A stretch of DNA of 32,000 nucleotides. Origin: Psychrobacter sp. DM4 (GTDB lineage: Bacteria > Pseudomonadota > Gammaproteobacteria > Pseudomonadales > Moraxellaceae). The stretch is from NCBI RefSeq assembly GCF_051307035.1, contig NZ_CP195536.1:90001-122000 (forward strand), written 5' to 3'. Below are positions 25,411-32,000 of the stretch, piece by piece. Positions within the stretch are counted from its first letter, which is position 1. Each line of letters starts with the position of its first letter. The notes below the pieces were generated by a model. The model saw nothing but the letters and a program-made list of their open reading frames with translations. It was not told where the DNA came from and searched no databases. A program made the position numbers and the translations under genes.

Positions 25411-27222
25411 ATGCAAACGAATTGGACTATAGATGACTGGCAGCAAGCGTATGATCGAGGCGATTGTCAGTTGACTGATCTCATAGATTATGTCGCTCAG
25501 ATAAACAACGACAATAATGCTTGGATAGCGATAGCGACCGAGCAGCAACTTCATGAGCAAATTAAAGTTATCAGCGCTCAAAAGTCAGCTGATTTACCGC
25601 TATACGGTATTCCTTTTGGCGTCAAAGACAATATCGATGTCGCTGGATTTGATACCACAGCCGCTTGTCCCGCTAGTCTTTATGTCGCCGAAAAAGACGC
25701 TTATGTGGTCGCAAAGCTCAAAGCTGCCGGCGCAATCGTCATTGGTAAGACTAATCTTGATCAATTTGCCACGGGACTCGTCGGCACACGCTCGCCACAT
25801 GGGGCGGTCAGCAATAGCTTTGATGCTAAATACATCAGTGGTGGTTCAAGCTCAGGATCAGCGATCAGTGTAGCCAATGGCGTCGTGCCTTTTGCATTAG
25901 GGACAGATACCGCAGGTTCCGGGCGCGTTCCCGCTGGGCACAACAACATCGTTGGTCTTAAACCTACTAAGGGGTGGCTGTCAACAACAGGTCTGATTCC
26001 GGCTTGTCAGCTTCATGATGTCATTTCTATCTTTGCGCTTACTATCAAAGAGGCGTGGCAGGTCGCTAGCATTATGCAAGGTTATGATGAGCAAGACAGC
26101 TATAGTCGAACTCATCCCAAAACAGCGCCAGTCGCTTTTAGTTTGGGCAGAGTTGCTATTCCTAATAGCCTAGAGTTTTATGGTGATAATCATTCCACGC
26201 AAGCCTTTGAGCAAGCTATTGAACGCTTAGAGAAATTAGGTTATGACGTCTGTCCTATCGATTTTGACGTGTTTGATGAGTTAGCAGATGCACTTTATAA
26301 CGACAGCTGGGTCAGTGAACGCGCTTTTGCTATCGATAATCGAGTTAACCGCGATGCGCTGTTACCTATTACTCGTCAAATTATTAGCCAAGCAGACAAC
26401 TATAGCGCTGTAGATGCGATGGCAGCGGAGTACTCCAGAGCTAAGCTGAGTCGCCGCATCGATCAGATAATGACTCAGTTTGATGCGCTTATGGTACCGA
26501 CCGCGCCAACGATTTATACCATTGAAGAGTTAGAGGCCGATCCGCTGAGCAAAAACAGCCACATGGGCGCTTATACCAATTTTGTCAATTTGGCAGACTT
26601 ATCAGCGTTAGCGCTACCCAATGTAATAGCTGAAGACGGACTACCGCGTGGCGTTACTTTTATTGCCAAGGCTTGGCACGATGAAGCGCTAGCTAACTTT
26701 GGCCACCGGTGGCAGTTAGCGCTCGATATTCCACTAGGCACTTCTAATCAATCCTATCAATCTATAAGTAGTACCGAATCATCGGCGCTTATACCTTTAC
26801 AAGACACCCCGAACATAAATAGCAGCATCAAGTTAGCGGTAGTTGGCGCGCACTTGAGCGGTATGCCGCTTAACTATCAGCTAACCGATAGGGGCGGCGT
26901 ATTAGCACAAAAAACACAAACCGCAGACGGCTATAAGCTCTTTGCTTTATCGGGCTCAACACCTGCCAAACCCGGATTACAGTGTCATATTGAGGGCAGC
27001 GCTATCGAAGTCGAAGTTTGGCATATTCCAACCGCAAGATTTGGTGAGATTGTCAACGAAGTACCTGCGCCTTTAGGCATCGGTAACGTCGAGCTGAGTG
27101 ATGGCAGCTGGGTTAACAGCTTTATTTGCGAAGGGTATGTCTTTGAACCAGAGTTTAATGGCGGCACTGACATTACTGAATTTGGCGGCTGGCGCGCTTA
27201 TATCGCTACGCTAAATTCGTAA
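25411..27222 (+). CDS. Allophanate hydrolase (amidase-signature family)
   Basis: Amidase signature GGSSSGSAISVANG…GTDTAGSGRVPA, plus the extra C-terminal allophanate-hydrolase domain (…VGAHLSGMPLNYQL…), 603 aa in total. Confidence 0.92.
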   Translation: MQTNWTIDDWQQAYDRGDCQLTDLIDYVAQINNDNNAWIAIATEQQLHEQIKVISAQKSADLPLYGIPFGVKDNIDVAGFDTTAACPASLYVAEKDAYVVAKLKAAGAIVIGKTNLDQFATGLVGTRSPHGAVSNSFDAKYISGGSSSGSAISVANGVVPFALGTDTAGSGRVPAGHNNIVGLKPTKGWLSTTGLIPACQLHDVISIFALTIKEAWQVASIMQGYDEQDSYSRTHPKTAPVAFSLGRVAIPNSLEFYGDNHSTQAFEQAIERLEKLGYDVCPIDFDVFDELADALYNDSWVSERAFAIDNRVNRDALLPITRQIISQADNYSAVDAMAAEYSRAKLSRRIDQIMTQFDALMVPTAPTIYTIEELEADPLSKNSHMGAYTNFVNLADLSALALPNVIAEDGLPRGVTFIAKAWHDEALANFGHRWQLALDIPLGTSNQSYQSISSTESSALIPLQDTPNINSSIKLAVVGAHLSGMPLNYQLTDRGGVLAQKTQTADGYKLFALSGSTPAKPGLQCHIEGSAIEVEVWHIPTARFGEIVNEVPAPLGIGNVELSDGSWVNSFICEGYVFEPEFNGGTDITEFGGWRAYIATLNS

Positions 27223-27389
27223 ACTCTACTATTAAAGTAATTTTGTCTAAAACGACATCATTTTTATGAAACAGTGACACGACTTTGCTATGACATCAGC
27301 GCAATTATCAACCCAGTCATCAGCACAATTACAATTAGCATCATCAGACTTATCCACAAAGGAGAAGTCACACTCTAGGAGCAAGACTC

Positions 27390-28415
27390 ATGAACAGACG
27401 TCTATTTACCTTTGCTATTTTATCAAGCGTTATGTTATTCGGTTGCGATAACACCGCTACGGTAACCGCACCTGAGGGTGAAGTCGCCGCTACCGAAACT
27501 ACCGCTACCAACAGCGATCCGATATCCATCGGCTATAGCGACTGGCCAGGCTGGGTTGCTTGGCAAATCGCTATTGAAAAAGGCTGGTTTGAAGAGGCAG
27601 GTGTCAATGTTGAGTTTGAATGGTTTGATTATTCAGCCTCCTTGTCCGCTTTTGCCTCAAACCAACTCGATGCGATCTCAGTCACTAACGGCGACAACTT
27701 AGTCAATGCGGCAAGCGGCAGTGAAGGCATCATTATCTTAGTCAATGACTACTCTAACGGTAACGATCAAATCATTGCCAAGCCTGAGTTTGCAAGCATT
27801 GCCGATCTAAAAGGCAAATCTATTGGCGTTGAAAAAGGCCTAGTTGATCATCTACTACTCAACAGTGCGCTGGCAGATAACGGCATGACCGAGGCCGATG
27901 TGACATTGGTTAATGCGGCGACCAACGAGTTACCCCAAGTATTCGGTAGCGATACTATCAATGCGGTCGCGCTGTGGCAGCCAAATGCTAACCAAGCTTT
28001 GAGCAATGTCGCAGGCTCAAAGGCACTGTATACCTCAGCCGATAAGCCCGGTCTGATCTATGACACTTTAGCGGTTAGTCCAACGAGTCTGGCGGCGAAC
28101 CGAGCTGAATACGCCAAGATTCTACTCGTTTGGGACAAGATCGTCAGCTATATCAATGATCCTGCAACCAGAGATGATGCTATCAAAATCATGTCGACTC
28201 GAGTCAATGTACCCGCAGATCAATATAGCAACTTTTTAGATGGCACTAAGCTACTGAGCCTAGCGGATAACAAAGCGATCTTTGAAAAGTCTGACGACTT
28301 CACCTCTATCTACGGCTCAAGTTATCACGTCAATCGTTTTAACATTGACAATCAGATTTATAACCAAGAGCTTGATATTGATAAGTTAATTTATCCAGAT
28401 CTAATCAACCAGTAA
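27390..28415 (+). CDS. ABC transporter substrate-binding lipoprotein (NitT/TauT, NMT1-like family; urea-carboxylase-region type)
   Basis: Lipoprotein signal MNRRLFTFAILSSVMLFG|C (lipobox LFGC). NMT1/SsuA-like body (ISIGYSDWPGWVAWQIAIEKGWFEEAGVNVEF…). Confidence 0.88.
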   Translation: MNRRLFTFAILSSVMLFGCDNTATVTAPEGEVAATETTATNSDPISIGYSDWPGWVAWQIAIEKGWFEEAGVNVEFEWFDYSASLSAFASNQLDAISVTNGDNLVNAASGSEGIIILVNDYSNGNDQIIAKPEFASIADLKGKSIGVEKGLVDHLLLNSALADNGMTEADVTLVNAATNELPQVFGSDTINAVALWQPNANQALSNVAGSKALYTSADKPGLIYDTLAVSPTSLAANRAEYAKILLVWDKIVSYINDPATRDDAIKIMSTRVNVPADQYSNFLDGTKLLSLADNKAIFEKSDDFTSIYGSSYHVNRFNIDNQIYNQELDIDKLIYPDLINQ

Positions 28416-28422
28416 CTATTTG

Positions 28423-28455
28423 GCATAACTGGCTAAGTCGTTTAGCCAGTTATGC
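28423..28455 (+). other. Perfect 14-bp intercistronic stem-loop (no T-run)
   Basis: gcataactggctaa (28423-28436) pairs exactly with ttagccagttatgc (28442-28455) across a 5-nt loop. It starts 8 nt after the stop of the binding-protein gene. Confidence 0.55.
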
Positions 28456-28579
28456 TATAGCTCAAAAAAGTCGTGGCAAGCATAAAAGAAATAAAGCCTA
28501 GGCCTTTGCGCAGCGACTACCATATTTTATTACTCGTTGTTTATTAATGACTGTCATCAAGTCGCTAAGGGGTTGGCCT

Positions 28580-29521
28580 ATGAGTCAAACAAACCAGTAT
28601 TTAACCAAAAAAACCACCCTTGGGCTTAATGTGCTCTCGTTTTTGATACCTATTTTGTTATGGTGCGCCGTAAGCTATCTGCCTTTTATTTGGCATTCAG
28701 AGGTGCAGATTACTGACGCGGGTAGCATGACGTATTTGCAAGAAGGTAGCCGAATCGACAAGGAATTATTTTTTAGTGAAGCGCAAAGCGCGATGGCGGC
28801 AGGGGATGCACCGCCTCAAGGCAAGCTCGTCAATCCCATTTATCTGCCAGCGCCTCACGAAGTTGCCATAGCGACGTTCACCGCTTTTACCACGCCACCG
28901 GTACAAGAAGACGCGCCTTGGCTGCACGAGAGCTTGTGGCAGAGTATAAAGACCGTCTTTATTGCCTTTTTTATCTCCTCCATAGTCGGTATACCACTAG
29001 GCCTTATCTGCGGATTCTCTGAAAAGATCGCTCAAATTACCCAGCCTTTTGTGGAGTTTTTTCGGTATTTACCAGCACCTGCGTTTGGTCCGCTAGCGGT
29101 AGCCATTTTGGGTATTTACGATGGACCAAAGATTGCCATTATCGTCATCGGTACTTTATTTCAGCAGATTCTTATCATTGCCAATACTACTCGGACGATG
29201 GATGTCGGGCTGATTGAAGCCGGATATACCCTTGGGACTACTAAACTTAAAAGCTTCTATTATGTGTTACTACCAGCCGTTATACCTGACGTCTATCGTG
29301 ATTTGAGAGTGCTATTGGGGTGGGCTTGGACGTATCTAATCGTCGCCGAACTCATCGGTACGACCTCAGGTATTACTTGGTTCATTGTGCAACAAGCGCG
29401 TTATCAGCAATTTGACAATGTTTACGCCGGCATCTTGCTCATTGGTTTTGTGGGATTGGGCACAGATATTTTACTGTACCAATTAGGCAAAAAACTCTTT
29501 AAATGGAAAGCGAGAACGTAG
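28580..29521 (+). CDS. ABC transporter permease (NitT/TauT family)
   Basis: Multi-TM protein with the EAA-type loop IEAGYTLGTTKLKSFYYVLLPAVIP. The ORF is open from ATG 28547. ATG 28580 is preferred because AAGGGG lies 7 nt upstream. Confidence 0.88.
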   Translation: MSQTNQYLTKKTTLGLNVLSFLIPILLWCAVSYLPFIWHSEVQITDAGSMTYLQEGSRIDKELFFSEAQSAMAAGDAPPQGKLVNPIYLPAPHEVAIATFTAFTTPPVQEDAPWLHESLWQSIKTVFIAFFISSIVGIPLGLICGFSEKIAQITQPFVEFFRYLPAPAFGPLAVAILGIYDGPKIAIIVIGTLFQQILIIANTTRTMDVGLIEAGYTLGTTKLKSFYYVLLPAVIPDVYRDLRVLLGWAWTYLIVAELIGTTSGITWFIVQQARYQQFDNVYAGILLIGFVGLGTDILLYQLGKKLFKWKART

Positions 29522-30430
29522 ATGACCATACTCAATAAAGACTTGCCGTTAGTTAATAAAGAAATGGCATCTAGTGACGACTATTTTAAACAGCTTTATC
29601 AGCGTCCAGTAGTGCTAAAAGTGGATAAGCTCACGCAAAAATTTACTGATGGGAAGTCGCAAAAGACGATTCTAAAAGAGATTGATCTACAAATTCATAA
29701 GCGTGAGTTTGTTTGCGTGATTGGGCCTTCTGGCTGTGGTAAATCGACGCTCGGCCGTATCATTGCAGGTCTCGATAGTTATCCAAGTGGTCAGGTCATC
29801 GTCGATGATGAACCTGTCAAAGGGCCGAGTGCTACTAGGGGTATGGTGTTCCAAGGTTATACGCTATTTCCATGGAAAACGGTCAAAGAGAACATCATGT
29901 TTGGACCAATCATGAAAGGTCAAAGCCATTCAAGTGCTAATCGCAGTGCGCGTGAGTGGCTCGATATCGTTGGACTTACTAAGTATAAAAACCATTACCC
30001 GCATCAGCTCTCAGGCGGTATGAAACAACGCGTCGCTATTGCCCGTGCGCTCATTAACGAGCCCAAGGTATTGATAATGGATGAGCCTTTTGGGGCGCTA
30101 GATCCTTATACTCGGCAAAAAATGCAAAAGCATCTGCTTGATCTATGGCGCAATATTGACATTACCATCGTCTTTATTACTCATGATATGGATGAAGCGG
30201 TGCTGTTGTCAGATCGTATCTTAGTTCTCAAAGCCAATCCAGGTGAAATACAAGATATCATTGAGGTGCCATTAGCGCGACCGCGTACCCCTGAGATGAT
30301 GACTGATCCGCAGTTTTTAGAGATAAAATCCTATATTAATAGTGTGGTTCATAGCCCGCACATTGAGGTAGATCCGGCTTTGGTTGATTTGCCTGACATT
30401 CCAAGAATGATACCTCTGGATAAAAGCTAA
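29522..30430 (+). CDS. ABC transporter ATP-binding protein (NitT/TauT family)
   Basis: Walker A GPSGCGKST, signature LSGGMKQR, Walker B LIMDEPFGALD, and H-loop ITHD. Its ATG immediately follows the permease TAG (tagatg), which suggests translational coupling. Confidence 0.93.
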   Translation: MTILNKDLPLVNKEMASSDDYFKQLYQRPVVLKVDKLTQKFTDGKSQKTILKEIDLQIHKREFVCVIGPSGCGKSTLGRIIAGLDSYPSGQVIVDDEPVKGPSATRGMVFQGYTLFPWKTVKENIMFGPIMKGQSHSSANRSAREWLDIVGLTKYKNHYPHQLSGGMKQRVAIARALINEPKVLIMDEPFGALDPYTRQKMQKHLLDLWRNIDITIVFITHDMDEAVLLSDRILVLKANPGEIQDIIEVPLARPRTPEMMTDPQFLEIKSYINSVVHSPHIEVDPALVDLPDIPRMIPLDKS

Positions 30431-30547
30431 GCACGCAAAAATAAATAAGCGCTGATTACTAAACAACAGGTAACGAGTGTTTTACATACTTGGAGATAGT
30501 GACTGTTATACTCTGTCATATATTCATTCCCAACTTATGATCTATCT

Positions 30548-31303
30548 ATGACAACGACTTCATTTACAGTGACCAGCTACAACATTCATAAAGGCATGTC
30601 GCCCATGAATCGACAAGTCAAAATGCAAGGCATCGCGCAGGCGCTCGACACCATACGCGCAGATGTGATTTGCTTGCAAGAAGTTCAAGGCCAAAACCTC
30701 AAACGTAATATGCAATACAACGAGTATCCTGAGCAATCGCAGCACGAGTGGTTCGGTGAATTTTTGCAGTTAGAAAACAGCTATGGCAAAAATTCAGAGT
30801 ACCAAAACGGTCATCATGGTAATGCGGTTCTGAGCCGATTCCCATTAGATCCAAAACACAACGTCAATATTACCGTAAATCGATTAGAACAGCGCGGGGT
30901 CTTACATTGTGAAGTGCAGCCTATTGGTTGGGACATTCCTGTCGTCATCTTGTGTGCACATCTTAATCTGTTTGAGCGCGACCGTATCAAGCAGTATGAA
31001 GCCATCAGCGACTATGTACGTAACGAGATCGCCCCTGATCAGCCATTAATTTTGGCAGGTGATTTTAACGACTGGAAAAAGATGTCTTGCGACAAATTAG
31101 CGACCAACCTTGGGATGACAGAGGCGCTTAGGTGCTGTCACGGTAAGTTACTGCCGACGTTTCCAGCTAAGCTACCAGTCCTCAGCTTAGATCGTATTTA
31201 TGTGCGTAATTTGATGATCAAGGATGCTTGGGTACACACCGGTAAGCCGTGGTCGGCGCTATCAGATCATCTGCCTATCAGTGCGACGCTGGTGTTAACA
31301 TAG
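30548..31303 (+). CDS. Endonuclease/exonuclease/phosphatase (EEP) family protein
   Basis: EEP motifs: SYNIHKG, ADVICLQEV, GDFND and C-terminal SDHLPI. Confidence 0.85.
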   Translation: MTTTSFTVTSYNIHKGMSPMNRQVKMQGIAQALDTIRADVICLQEVQGQNLKRNMQYNEYPEQSQHEWFGEFLQLENSYGKNSEYQNGHHGNAVLSRFPLDPKHNVNITVNRLEQRGVLHCEVQPIGWDIPVVILCAHLNLFERDRIKQYEAISDYVRNEIAPDQPLILAGDFNDWKKMSCDKLATNLGMTEALRCCHGKLLPTFPAKLPVLSLDRIYVRNLMIKDAWVHTGKPWSALSDHLPISATLVLT

Positions 31304-31348
31304 TGCCTTTGAGGCGCAACGAATTGATTAGAAATATAGAGGTGGTCG

Positions 31349-32000
31349 ATGATGTCTACGCAAACTATACCCAAAACGCAGCACGCCGTACTTATCAATG
31401 AGTTTGGCGCGCCTGAGGTTATGTATTATCAGGAGGGCGTTTTAGTTCCTAAGCCAAAAGACAATCAAGTCCTTGTGAAAGTCGCTTACGCAGGTGTCAA
31501 CCCAGTCGATTACAAAACCTGTTAAGGTAGAGGCTGGAGCGCAAATACTATTCAACAGAATTAGTTTGATCATGACCGGCCTGCAATTTTAGGCTTTGAT
31601 TTGGCAGGAACGGTAGCTAAAAGTAATAGCGATACCTTTGCAGTCGGTGACAAGGTGGCAGCACTCAGCTTTAACGGACAATGCTATGCTGAGTACGTCG
31701 CCGTAGAAGCAGAATTACTTGCCAAAATACCCGAGTCTATTACTTTAGAGCAGGCAGGTGCGTTACCTTGTGTAGGACAAACGGCGTTACAGTTCGTTGA
31801 CTTCGCTGATATAAAAGCAGGCGAGCATGTGGTCATGAATGCACCTGCTGGTGGCGTTGGACAATTGGTCATCCAATTACTAATGGACAGAGTCATCAAG
31901 GATAGCCTCAAAATTACAGTTATCTGCTCACCTGATAAATACGACAAACTTGATCAGCTTATCGATAAAAACAAGCTCGCAGGTTGGATTGACTACACCA
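31349..32000 (+). pseudogene. MDR-superfamily NADPH:quinone oxidoreductase-like gene with two in-frame stop codons (3' end beyond window)
   Basis: A single frame reads MMSTQTIPKTQHAVLINEFGAPEVMYYQEGVLVPKPKDNQVLVKVAYAGVNPVDYKTC*GRGWSANTIQQN*FDHDRPAILGFDLAGTV…MNAPAGGVGQLVIQLL…. The stops are TAA 31523-31525 and TAG 31562-31564. The flanking sequence is typical Qor/zinc-ADH-like, including the AxxGxxG Rossmann motif. Confidence 0.75.

Noticed and set aside
31523-31564. Stop-codon recoding (selenocysteine/pyrrolysine/readthrough) in the Qor-like gene
   Set aside because: The first stop is TAA, not TGA. The second is TAG, but the window contains no Pyl machinery or PYLIS-like context. Two different stops 39 nt apart in a non-conserved loop fit simple decay better.
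31684-31947. 87-aa minus-strand ORF at the right end
   Set aside because: It is antisense to the clearly Qor/MDR-like plus-strand frame (…AGGVGQLVIQLL…), so it is a shadow ORF.
1-32000. CRISPR arrays, IS elements, transposases, integrases, prophage genes, toxin-antitoxin pairs or recognisable defence-system genes
   Set aside because: I scanned both strands of the ORF track and the intergenic regions. No regularly spaced direct repeats, no DDE/tyrosine-recombinase-like proteins and no tRNA/att-like junctions were recognised. The only repeat-like structures are the palindromes reported above.

Overview
Chromosomal window from a moderately AT-rich gammaproteobacterium. Gene content and protein sequences look Moraxellaceae/Psychrobacter-like, but that is inference only.

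**Left third (1-8.2 kb).** This is the conserved translation/RNA-decay cluster infB (5' end cut by the window edge)-rbfA-truB ... rpsO-pnp. Between truB and rpsO it is interrupted by a DJ-1/PfpI gene and two tandem 53-codon acidic ORFs that the ORF track missed.

**Middle (8.2-17 kb).**
- An AT-rich gene for a secreted hypothetical protein.
- A glutaminase gene (glsA) inactivated by a 7-bp tandem duplication.
- A ~155-nt imperfect palindrome.
- A Lys/Asp/Glu-rich, apparently disordered protein.
- An HLD-I type haloalkane dehalogenase.
- A minus-strand gene string: prlC, yheV, a membrane coiled-coil protein and a macro-like protein.

**Most notable.**
1. 17255-18367 encodes a stand-alone bacterial aeRF1/Pelota-like protein with GGS in place of GGQ. 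This is a baeRF/Balon-type candidate ribosome hibernation factor.
2. 19.89-30.43 kb holds a guanidine-I (ykkC) riboswitch followed by a 7-gene operon: two DUF1989 proteins, a biotin-dependent urea/guanidine carboxylase, allophanate hydrolase and an ABC importer. It reads best as a guanidine uptake and degradation system rather than urea metabolism.

**Right end.** An EEP-family hydrolase gene, then an MDR quinone-oxidoreductase-like pseudogene with two in-frame stops, cut by the window edge.

I recognised no rRNA, tRNA, CRISPR array, IS element, transposase or integrase. All hairpin and motif coordinates were read by eye; no searches or folding calculations were run.
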